NCBI GenBank assembly: GCA_977018835.1
Contig: OZ361259.1
Location: 4,464,001-4,528,000, forward strand
Direction: 5' to 3'
DNA: 64,000 bases
DNA from: Minutocellus sp. GHC0000111
Lineage: Eukaryota
The notes beneath the pieces were generated by a model. The model was given only the letters and a program-made list of their open reading frames with translations. It did no database searches and had not been told where the DNA came from. This document shows, one piece after another, positions 12,335-21,798 of this stretch. A program made the position numbers and the translations under genes. The number at the start of each line of letters is the position of its first letter. Position 1 is the stretch's first letter.

Positions 12335-12961
12335 ATGCATTGTTGGTGTTTGGTACTATTTATCTACGCCACACGAAGGAGAAATTTACCATGTGTGTAT
12401 ATATATTTTGAGAGAATCCGGACAGAAGAGAGAAAGAGACCTCGTTATTGATTGATCCATGCGCAAGAAAATTACCTCCAGGACCAGTACTTGCTCTCAT
12501 ATGACTGCATAGAAGGAGTTCTACCTAGGGATCGAAGGGAAGGAATACCTTCTATTTTCATTGATATCTAGCTAGTCCATCCTTGTTGGCGTTGGTGTTG
12601 TCCTGCTTTTGTTATTTTGAATGACCTGCGAGGTCACATTGCTACACACATGCAAAAGCACAAGCACAGCGCATCTAGATCTATTCATGCATGTGCTGCA
12701 AATGAACATCACAGTAAAAGTAGAGAAAGCCGTTTCCCATGTCGATGACCATGGCGTATCGGTAGGTCTTCTCTCTCGTGTGCATCTCACTCCTGGCTGA
12801 CCGATTTGCAAATTCATTCATTCATAGCCCAAAAGCCCAAAATCAACAATGCGTCTGGCCGTCACCGCATCCACCACGGAAGGCAAGGCTGGCATATTGA
12901 AGGAATACCTCTAGCTAGGTATTGGCCAATTTCCTTGGACCAGAGCAAGCGAAGTAGAAGA

Positions 12962-13918
12962 ATGAGAGCTCTATTTGCCACCCTAACACCTCTGGTTTTG
13001 CTCCCGGCACTGTGTTCGGCGCTCACCCTCCCCACTCACCCGTCGCTATCGTGCAAGGGGCCTCATTCTCGACGGCACGACGCTGCAAAAATTGTCCTCC
13101 AGGCACGAGGTGGAGACGACAACAATGATGCTCCATCGCGCATTCCGTCCGTGTCATCAGTAACCAAATCCATATCCTATGGCTATCGCGCGCGTGTTGC
13201 AGCTGATCCAAATTTCCTGATCAAGAGCTTTCTGGAGGTGGCCTTGGCGGCGGGTACTCAGATGATGGCCGAGGTCTCACGTCGAGGTGCCAAGGGCTGC
13301 ATTACCGAGATCGACTTTGTCGTTGCTGGCGTCCTCACTGCGATTGCCGGCAAGTACTACAGCTCTTGGAGAGTTGCGCCGACAGCAACGCCTGATGGTG
13401 ATGGTGATGGTGATGAGACGGTAACTTCAACTTCAGTCCAATCAGGAACGCAGAAGAGCAAGGATGGTTTCTGGTCGAGAGTCCCAACCAATGCCTTCCA
13501 GCCCTATCATTTGGATGGCAAAACTCGGCCGACGGTGGCAGAGCGCTTTGGGGCACTTTTGGCACCTATTCCCACTCTGTTCCGAGCCGGGGTGATTGCC
13601 TCAGCCATTGGCTATGGTTTGACGAACTTTCTCATTTCGCTTCGTACTTTATTGCTTCCTGACTATGTCTCACCGACTATCAATGTGAACATCGTACACG
13701 CATGTGTATATACGGGTGCATTTATGAGCATCGTTAGCAATATCCGCTACCAGCTTCTTCAAGGAATAATCGAACCGCACATTATAGACCGGCTCTTTCA
13801 GCGATTGCCGCCCCTCCAAGCTGCGGCGACCTTTGGCGTTCGCTTCGCCAACGGACTGTTTGGGAGTGTGATTGCCATTGCTGGAATGAAATATTTCGGG
13901 TTGCAAAAGTTAAAGTAA
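12962..13918 (+). CDS. RETICULATA-related (DUF3411) plastid membrane protein
   Basis: RARVAADPNFLIK..E..AE..RRG..EIDFV, PTNAFQ, FMSIVSNIRYQLLQG; signal peptide. Confidence 0.85.
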   Translation: MRALFATLTPLVLLPALCSALTLPTHPSLSCKGPHSRRHDAAKIVLQARGGDDNNDAPSRIPSVSSVTKSISYGYRARVAADPNFLIKSFLEVALAAGTQMMAEVSRRGAKGCITEIDFVVAGVLTAIAGKYYSSWRVAPTATPDGDGDGDETVTSTSVQSGTQKSKDGFWSRVPTNAFQPYHLDGKTRPTVAERFGALLAPIPTLFRAGVIASAIGYGLTNFLISLRTLLLPDYVSPTINVNIVHACVYTGAFMSIVSNIRYQLLQGIIEPHIIDRLFQRLPPLQAAATFGVRFANGLFGSVIAIAGMKYFGLQKLK

Positions 13919-13945
13919 CATCAGTTTGCTGCTTCGTAGTAGTGT

Positions 13946-14848
13946 TTATGCTTTAGGGCTATTTCCCTTTCGAGGGATCAAAAAGACATCGTCTGGGTCT
14001 TGTTCACCCAATCGTTTGCCAACCCAGGCCTTGGACACCACCCTTATCGGGCGCATTCCCTTGAAGCGATCGAGCTTGACGTACACATTGTCGGCTGTCT
14101 TTCCAATCATGATCCCAGTTCGGCCCATATCGGGACCCTTTACCAAAATGACCAAATCACGAACATCTGGCGGGTCCTTCTTCGGATCAGCATATACCAG
14201 TGAGCTGGGCTTGATGCCCTTGAAGTACTTTTCGTTGGAAATGATGTCATCGTAATAAGTATACAGACCTCCGACCTGCATGTATCGATCAAAATGGAGC
14301 GACATGTCGGAATATGCAACGTAGGCGTCGTCTAAATCCTTTCGCAGTGTGGCCTGGCGGAGTCGTTCCACCGAGGCAAAGAATCGACCAACTTCATATC
14401 GCAATGCCACACGCAGACCCTTGTCCGTGGGTTCATCGGTCGGAAATGCCGAGTCTGTAAATTTGGTGAAAACCGGCACAAACGACCGAAGTTGGGAGGG
14501 ATACGCCGCAACCAAATCCCACTGTTCCTGCATTAAGTCTCGTTGCAACTCGTCCATTACACTGCCAACAGATCTGATGGTATTGGGCATGCCACCGAGG
14601 CGGGTCTTGGACTTTTGTTCGGGCTGAGCAATGGCCGTCTCGGCTCCGGCAAGACCAACAGCCGCACAGGCCGTGAACAGGAAGGTCCGCCGCGAGGGCA
14701 TATTCTCTGCAGGCGTGTCATCAGTTTCTTGCATTGATTCATGCAGCCTCATATCTATGCGTCCTGCATGTAACTCTCCACCCGAGATGAATGCAAATGC
14801 ACCCGCAGCAATTGATGCAAGAAGGCACAATCTAAATTGATGCCTCAT
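13946..14848 (-). CDS. Predicted thylakoid-lumen protein with a C-terminal KOW-like motif
   Basis: Signal peptide ending GAFAF, twin-Arg segment SRRTFL..AIA, C-terminal DLVILVKGPDMGRTGIMIG. Confidence 0.6.
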   Translation of the reverse strand: MRHQFRLCLLASIAAGAFAFISGGELHAGRIDMRLHESMQETDDTPAENMPSRRTFLFTACAAVGLAGAETAIAQPEQKSKTRLGGMPNTIRSVGSVMDELQRDLMQEQWDLVAAYPSQLRSFVPVFTKFTDSAFPTDEPTDKGLRVALRYEVGRFFASVERLRQATLRKDLDDAYVAYSDMSLHFDRYMQVGGLYTYYDDIISNEKYFKGIKPSSLVYADPKKDPPDVRDLVILVKGPDMGRTGIMIGKTADNVYVKLDRFKGMRPIRVVSKAWVGKRLGEQDPDDVFLIPRKGNSPKA

Positions 14849-15039
14849 TTTTGCAACACGAATAGGCAGTGGAGCGAAGCGGACTTGCGAAATAAGAGCG
14901 AAGGAGCGGCTTTCGACTGGGATGCCGGCAACACCTCACGTTTGCCGGGATGATTCAGACGAAACCTTCGTCGTGTCAGGAGAGCAGCCGCACTGTGTTG
15001 ATGGCCATGAGATGCGTTTAGCGCAATTTTCGCGCCGAA

Positions 15040-15570
15040 TTGTGGGTACCGCACGGTGGGGATGAGCTGGCGACAGTGGTTAGCAGCAGGCACTAAAACT
15101 GCATTCCTGTAGTGCCCAGTTTTTCTGCTGACCACCACCTTCGCCTCCTCTCGTCTCAACTGACCAAGCCACAACCATCTGCGATTGCTGCCGTTGCAAT
15201 TGCTAAGTCAGCTTACAGTACCGGCTCCCAGAGCCTGTCTCTCTCTCTCTCAGTAGTTAGTTAGTTTTAAATTCCCTCAAACCCGTCTAAGAAGTTTCAT
15301 TTACCGCCGGTAAACACCGGCGGCGAACGAAACTAACTAATAACTACTACTGAGAGAGAGAGAGACAGGCTCTGGGAGCCGGTACTGTAAGCTGACTTAG
15401 CAATTGCAACGGCAGCAATCGCAGATGGTTGTGGCTTGGTCAGTTGAGACGAGAGGAGGCGAAGGTGGTGGTCAGCAGAAAAACTGGGCACTACAGGAAT
15501 GAATGCAGTTTTAGTGCCTGCTGCTAACCACCGTCGCCAGCTCATCATCCCCACCGTGCGGTGCCCACAA
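15040..15570. repeat. Long inverted repeat (15040-15267 vs 15330-15570): 3' terminus of the element paired with its extended internal complementary region
   Basis: About 228 bp of reverse-complement match with 2 substitutions and 4 micro-duplications, separated by a ~62-bp spacer. Confidence 0.95.
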
Positions 15571-15762
15571 CGATGATACATCGAACACAGTACCTCCCTC
15601 CGCTGATTCTCCCAACTCTATGCAACTTAGTAGAACATGAAATGCAGTTTAACTACGTGAACTGGAGCTGGCATTGGCGGTAAATGAAACTTCTTAGAGG
15701 GTGAGGTCCCTCTCCCCCTCCTCCTTTCCGTAGCACAGATCGGCCAATAATGTGTGTCGTGC

Positions 15763-17049
15763 TTAGGTGAACAGGGCGAAGGGGGGCATTGGAGTCCCGA
15801 AGCCGGCATTTCGGCCAATACTGTTGATGCCGGCTAAGGATTGGCGGCAATTTGGGGTCCTTGGGTCTTCGCGATGGCTCGTCGAGTGTGCGTGGGGCAC
15901 GTTGAAGAAGGAACCTCGTTGGATCATGCGTGTGGAGACTCCGGATGTAAATTCTTGGACCTGGCGACGGATGTACTTGAGGAAGGCGTCACTGGACCAC
16001 CGCCCTACCAGCATGATTGTGTACGTGGGAACATCATTTAGACACACTGCCATTGCTGCTCCGCTGCGAATGGAGTGTGTGATCCGAATTCAGAGGGATG
16101 GCAGCCCAGGACGTCCTCTCCAATCACTGTGGCCGACGCTCGGATCTTGTCAACTATTCGGGTGGCAGGAATGTGTTTTAACACGCCGTTGACCACGAAG
16201 GCATTTACCGGCGCATCGCTGTTGGTGCTAGGGTGCCCTAGGACTCGTTTCACCAGGGCAGCCCAAGCTCGAACTGGGCAGAGGGTGGCGTCGTGGGTGC
16301 AGTGTTGCGTGATCGTGACGTCACGCTCGTCGTTCTTCTGGAACTCAAAGGTGACGGAGACAGAGTCTGCTGAGAGGAGGGACCGGTCGTTGTGATGCAT
16401 GCGCCGTCGGCCGCGGCAGAACTGGATGTTGCGGAGGCGGAGCAGCTTGGTCCTGCGCTCACCGCTGACTCTGGGGTGTTCGCAAGACCTCATCGCGAAG
16501 AAGAAGGCGCCGACGGCTAGTTGCCCGACTGCACGGTCCTCTTCCGTTTCCCTGACGGAGGCGATCTCTCGGAGGAGCCGGCAGGTGATCGCCTTCTCCG
16601 GCCGCTCGGTCGGGTCGGACTGGCTGCATCCTCGGAACTGCCGCTGTAGAAGGAATGAATGAAGGCTGGCCGATGTCGTCTTTCCCTGGGTCCCTGCGCT
16701 GGTTGTGCCGGAAGGAGGACGAGCATGCACATGAGACGGTGTCTCGGACTGTCGACGCAGCCAGTCGCGAAAACTTTGGCCCCGAAAAGCTGGCTTGTCG
16801 GACGGCGTGGGCAAAGGTGCAGAGAATGACTGTTCAGTCTCGGGGTGATGCCTTGTCGAGGAAGACGTCGTCCCCGGTCCCGATGAGCTGCAGGAACTCA
16901 GTCCAGCGGCTCCACGCGAGAGCGTGCTTCTCGGCAGTGGCCGTTGTAACAACTGCTTCCTGACGGGCAGCGTCCGCGCCTGCGAGACAATCCAGGAAGT
17001 AATCTCGTTGGGTAGTGGTGCAATCCTGAAATTTGAGGGAAGCTGACAT
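15763..17049 (-). pseudogene. Tyrosine recombinase of the retrotransposon (one stop, frameshifts near 16655 and 16078)
   Basis: AWSRWTEFL N-terminus overlapping the RNaseH frame; FFFAMRSCE, LCPVRAW, (T)HSIRSGAAMA, GRWSSDAFLKYIR give the R..HxxR..W..Y catalytic set. Confidence 0.88.
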
Positions 17050-19117
17050 TCGGGAGATGACAGAAGCAACTTCGTGAGGTCAGCATCAGAGAGATCGGCA
17101 TCACGAGAAAGAGAATCGGCCTCCGGATTGCGCTTCCCCTGGAACCACTGTGAGCACAGCATGGCGTTGGTCTCGATGAGCATGTCGGCTAGTTTCCGCG
17201 CCGTGACCAGCTTGACCGCTACGTCGGCATCCTTCTCGCCGTGAGACACGAAGTTCGACTTCCTGAGCCATCCCTCGGCCGTGGCGCTGTCGGTCCCCGA
17301 CAGCACGCAGGAGAGGGTTGGCAGGTTGCCCTCGATGTGGTCGATCCATGGGCCGATGCCGGCGGCGAGGAACTCCAGGTAATTGAGGGTGAACCGGCCC
17401 CATGGCTCCTCGGGGAGGGCAAATCTCCACGCTCTGCCGGATGAGGACCATCCGCCGATGCCGTGCTCGCAGGCGTCACTTGTGTGCTCGTGGGTGGGGC
17501 AACGGTGCGTGAGGAGGTTCATGCTCATGCCATCGGCGGCCCTTCGGAGGAAGCGGAGCCATGGGTTGAGGTCTTCTGCATCCTCAGAGTCGAACCGTTG
17601 GCGGCCGTGGCGGCGGGCCTTCCAGAGCCGATCCCGAAGGCGGCTGAGGAAGTGTCGTGCGGCTGGAATGATGTGTCCGACGTGGTTTAGCCTTCCGACC
17701 AAGGTGTCCAGCTCTGATCTGGTGGCGCCGCGGGCTCTGAGGAGCCGAAGCATGTCATCGCGCCAGGCCAGGTGCTTGCTCCAAGGGAGCCTCAGCAGGA
17801 GCCGCCGGGTGTCAGCATCCCACCCCAAGAGACACAGTGCTTCGGAAGGCGTCCCCTCGGCGAGCAGCTTCTTGATGGAGGCAAGGTCATCTCTGGGCAG
17901 TGGCTCGCTGTCGGACACCGGTCGGCCAAGCGCGTGGATGGCGAGGAGGGTGGCAGCGGACATCCGATCCTTGTTGTCGCCCAGGTCAGGGGCTGCGGCG
18001 ATGAAGTCATCGATGTGCGGCTCGACGATGCCATCCTTGTTGTCGGGAAGGGTTACGATCATGTCCAGGGCCGGCGCGAACGGCACATCGTCGCCCTCCA
18101 CCTTGGGGCGACCCAAGTGCTTCTGCTGGGGGCTATGGAGCTCTGACGGGTCCCAGTTCGAGCATTGCAGGAGGGCCCTGGCCAGGTCGGCCGCCGATTC
18201 GGACATGTTGCACCACTCGCTCGGGCAAGGGCGGCCGCCGAAAGTCAGCCGGAGGGACATGAGGGCAATGCCATCCAGGGTGGTGATCGTTTTGACGGCC
18301 GTGCTGGGAGCCAAGTGGGCCCGGCGACACGCAGCCTTGAAATCGACCTTCTGCAGGAGGATGGGAGCACGGGGATGCTTGTGACGGGCGTCTACGATGT
18401 AGTGGATCACTCGCCGGAGGGCATGGCCGAACACCACTGGCTGGTGGTCCTCCATGCGCACTCTGTTGTTGACGGACCGTGCGGTGCCGATCTCGAAGGA
18501 TTGGTCGTGAGTCAGGCGGTCCTTGGGCATGATCTCGCCAGCCTCGCTGATCGTGTTCTGTGCTGCCAAACCCATCGGAGCCACCTCCGCTCCAGGAATG
18601 AGGGGCGCGACCTTTGCTGGCAGAGGGAGGGCGAAACCGCGGGTCACGTCGTCGAGAACTTGGTCCTTGAGCACCTCCGGCCTATCCCTGGCCGATTTGT
18701 GGTTGCCTCGGCCGATGTTCTTTTTATCACGCTGTCCAGTCTGCTTTCGTCGCTCACCGGATCGAGGGCCCAGTCGGATCCACTGTCGAGAATGGAGCGG
18801 AAGCGGGGCCACAGCGGGTGCCGGCCAAGAGTCGGCTCCAGAAGACTCAGGTCTCTGAACTCCGATCCCGGTTGGAGTGGCGACCCGCCCTGCGCCTCGA
18901 GTGCCCTGCTCAGAGAACGATCGTGTTTCTTGAGGACCGACCAATTGTGAGCGGCGGCCTCCGTGAAGAGCTCAAATCTGAACTCCGTGGGCTTCGGTGT
19001 GGCCGACGGGGACTCGACTGCTCGTCGGACGTGCTGCACCAAGGTGGAAACATCGAAGATGGGCTCTAGTTCCCACGTGGAATTGCATGAGGCGAGAAAA
19101 AGGTGAGATGTGTGCAT
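16660..19117 (-). pseudogene. Reverse transcriptase-RNase H of the retrotransposon (frameshift near 18722, catalytic motif HIDD)
   Basis: KDRLTHDQS, KVDFKAACRR, LRLTFGG..CPSEW, HIDD, LLGW..DT, LVGRLNH, SDACEHGIGG, NYLEF, TDSATAEGW, QGKRNPEADSLSR. Confidence 0.9.
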
Positions 19118-19724
19118 GCTGCACGTTCACGAGCATGCGGGTCTGTCCGACCGTGGTGGGCCCATTGTGGGCGCTGGGCTGCTCCGTTTGTTGTAGGTGT
19201 TCCTTCACCTGTTGGTCTCACTTGCCATTTTGGCGTGTCGGTTCTGCTTCTTCCTTGCTGTGCGTAGGGGAACCAGGGGGAGACTGTGCTTCGGGTTGGG
19301 GCTGCTTGCCTAGGAGATCCTTCTCTCGCTGGCCTAGCCAGTCGAAGAGGTTGTCGGTGGCTTCCGCACCGCCAGCGTTAGTGGTGCTGGAGCCAGAGCC
19401 TGAGATGCTGTTGTGGGCGCAGGCATCACCGCTGGTGTTAGGGGGACCAGGACCCGACCGAAGGTCACTGCTAACGCCTCGGCCTTCTGCTCCGGTGTTA
19501 GGGGCACCGGAGAGCCTGGATTGGTTGCTGATGTCGTTGCGACCGCACACGCCGGATTTTGGGGCACCGGACAACCTTGGGCGGCTGGAGCCACCGGGGC
19601 GGATCGACGCCGACGTGTCTGGCTGCACTCGACGGCGCTTGGAGGGACGAGCTCGGCCGGCTGGCCGAGATGTTTCTCCAGCATCCTCCGAGGGTGGGCC
19701 ACGCCTCCGTGCCCACCCGATCCG

Positions 19725-21782
19725 TCATTCCTCCGCCTCCTCGCACTTCCGATCGCATTTCTCGACGTGCTGCTCGACGGGTCCTCTCTCCGATGCCTTA
19801 AGAGGCCTCTTGACATGCGACTTCTTGAGCTCACACGAGGATCCGGCGCCGCAGACACCTATCAGGATGAATGGAGGGCAGAATTTACAGCCATTAATTT
19901 CAGGTCTGTCCTCATAGGGCTCGGATTTCTTGCCATGCCGTTTTGCAAAGTTGCCGGGGTTGATGTCGAACGTGACGAAGTGTTCGCACTGGTGGGCTCT
20001 GCCGCTGGCGCCGCCCGTCTTTTGCTTCTTTTTCGGACTGGTTCTTGGCTCTGATTTGTCAGAGTCGGAATCCGAGGAAGGGGTGGGAGCGTCGGCCGAT
20101 TGGACGAGCTTGATGTGGCTGGGGTAGACGAAAGGATTCTGAGTCTTCATCATCTTTTTGGACTCGTCGGCCATTGAGAAGCAAGAGAGGTCGTTGCCGG
20201 CGTCGTCGGGGGAACGGAGACAAGCTTTCCAGAATGCATGGATGGAGGCGTCGACATTGTGGAACATCGCCAGCCAGAACTTCTCGCCATGGCTCTCGGC
20301 GATGTCGCGGTGCTGGTCCTCGTGTGTCTTCATGTGACTGAGGACCCTGGCGACGTAGCGAGCGGGCTCGGAATCCTCTCCGGCAAGGAAGGAAATGCCA
20401 GCGCCGAAGGCCGAGATGTGACGTTTGGCACCGTCGCACTCGGTTGAAGACCAGTAGTTCTGCTTCAGAAGAGCCTTCACCTGAGTCGAGGCATGTCCTT
20501 TCTTTTGAGAGGCGGCGAGGCACAGGGGCGCATTGCTGCTGCTGGAGTTTGCCGGGCTAAAGGCGAAGACAGAGAAGCCATCGTAGATTTTCTTGTCGCT
20601 CTTCCCGAAGCCAAAGAGGCGGACATAAGTGGTGAGGCCCTGGAGAGATGTCCTGACTCCGGTCTTGCCCTTTACATGCAGCTCGAGGCCGACGGCTGCT
20701 TGCGTGAGGTTTGACTCTTCCAGCAGTGCTTTCAATCCTTCGGGAAGATTCGAGTCGATCGCTGCTACATCATCGTCATGCTCGGTCGAGACCCGGCAGA
20801 AAGCGGCACAGGCCTTGAGGATGGCGCCATTCATCGAGTGCTTCTTGTCGACCTTGTCAGTGCAGGCCATGACTGCGCCGGTGAGGGAGGATGCTTCGGA
20901 CGCGGCCCTAGTCATGGCGTTGGCCGCGGCAGCAACTGCAGAGTCGGTCGGGGCGCCACCGGCTGGTGGTCCGTCGCCACTGGCGCCAGTGATGTGCCGA
21001 GCGTGCATCTCACTGGCGCATGTCTTGAGAGCCGGGTCCGTCGTTGGGTGCAAGCTGACGGCCGGGATGTCACCTTGCTCGGACGTGGCGACAAACCACA
21101 GCCACTTGACGACGTGTTGAACAGCCTCATTGGAGCGAAGACCTGCTGCGCCATGACCCTCGTCGTCACCGCTGTCTGATGCGTCATCGCTGCCGGCGGC
21201 GTCCTCATCCAGCCGACGTTTGATGGCGGACAGGATGGCCCAAGGCGATGCCTCGTGCTCTTCCAGAACATTCTGCAGAATCGAAGGTGGCAGCAGCACA
21301 AGGGACTTAAACTTCGTGGAGGCACTCCGGTGGCGGGTGTTGGAGCCTTCCTGGGTGAGACCGGTTAGGGCGGCTTCTGACGGTGCCCCCAGCGTGGCTT
21401 CCACCGATGGGGCTAGGACCTCCTTGTGCCGCAAGAGGCTAGGTTGGGCCAACGATGTTGGCGGGGCTGCATCGTCGATCCCGAGGAGCCCACCCAACCT
21501 GACGTCGGGCTGCATGGTGGTGCCTCCCTGAGCCACGGCATGGTGAATTACCACGACTTTCCCTTCTGGATGGTGGTGGGCCAGCATGGACAAACCCTCA
21601 GCGTCGCGGATTTGCTGCTGGATCGCTCGGGCATGGCTCTGGACCACAGCGGCCGTGGGGTCGGTTTCACAGACGTTGTCGGCGAGGAATATCTGGAAAT
21701 CTCGAGCTACGGCGGCGTCGGCCCCGGCCGGTGTCTCTTGTGCCAGCAGGACTGACTTCCAGGTGTTGAAAGATGAAGCCAT
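19725..21782 (-). CDS. gag-like ORF of the retrotransposon
   Basis: Long ORF upstream of RT with a C-terminal Cys/His knuckle (FCPPFILIGVCGAGSSCELKKSH); position typical of gag. Confidence 0.65.
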   Translation of the reverse strand: MASSFNTWKSVLLAQETPAGADAAVARDFQIFLADNVCETDPTAAVVQSHARAIQQQIRDAEGLSMLAHHHPEGKVVVIHHAVAQGGTTMQPDVRLGGLLGIDDAAPPTSLAQPSLLRHKEVLAPSVEATLGAPSEAALTGLTQEGSNTRHRSASTKFKSLVLLPPSILQNVLEEHEASPWAILSAIKRRLDEDAAGSDDASDSGDDEGHGAAGLRSNEAVQHVVKWLWFVATSEQGDIPAVSLHPTTDPALKTCASEMHARHITGASGDGPPAGGAPTDSAVAAAANAMTRAASEASSLTGAVMACTDKVDKKHSMNGAILKACAAFCRVSTEHDDDVAAIDSNLPEGLKALLEESNLTQAAVGLELHVKGKTGVRTSLQGLTTYVRLFGFGKSDKKIYDGFSVFAFSPANSSSSNAPLCLAASQKKGHASTQVKALLKQNYWSSTECDGAKRHISAFGAGISFLAGEDSEPARYVARVLSHMKTHEDQHRDIAESHGEKFWLAMFHNVDASIHAFWKACLRSPDDAGNDLSCFSMADESKKMMKTQNPFVYPSHIKLVQSADAPTPSSDSDSDKSEPRTSPKKKQKTGGASGRAHQCEHFVTFDINPGNFAKRHGKKSEPYEDRPEINGCKFCPPFILIGVCGAGSSCELKKSHVKRPLKASERGPVEQHVEKCDRKCEEAEE

Positions 21783-21798
21783 GGTGATCAATGCTCGA

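Noticed and set aside
16038..18944. A single 968-aa RT-RNaseH-recombinase fusion protein, as shown in the ORF track
   Set aside because: The recombinase N-terminus lies in an overlapping frame (from 17049); the apparent fusion results from a frameshift near 16655, and the listed N-terminus is out of frame before ~18722.
19430..19580. Three ~60-bp degenerate repeats (ggtgttaggggcaccgg) as a CRISPR-like array
   Set aside because: Degenerate coding-region repeats inside a eukaryotic retroelement; no constant repeat/unique spacer structure and no cas genes.
17383..19917. Long plus-strand ORFs over the retrotransposon (and similar ones over NSE1 and RAD18)
   Set aside because: Antisense shadows of GC-rich coding sequence; TpA loss also removes TAA/TAG stops and inflates ORF length.
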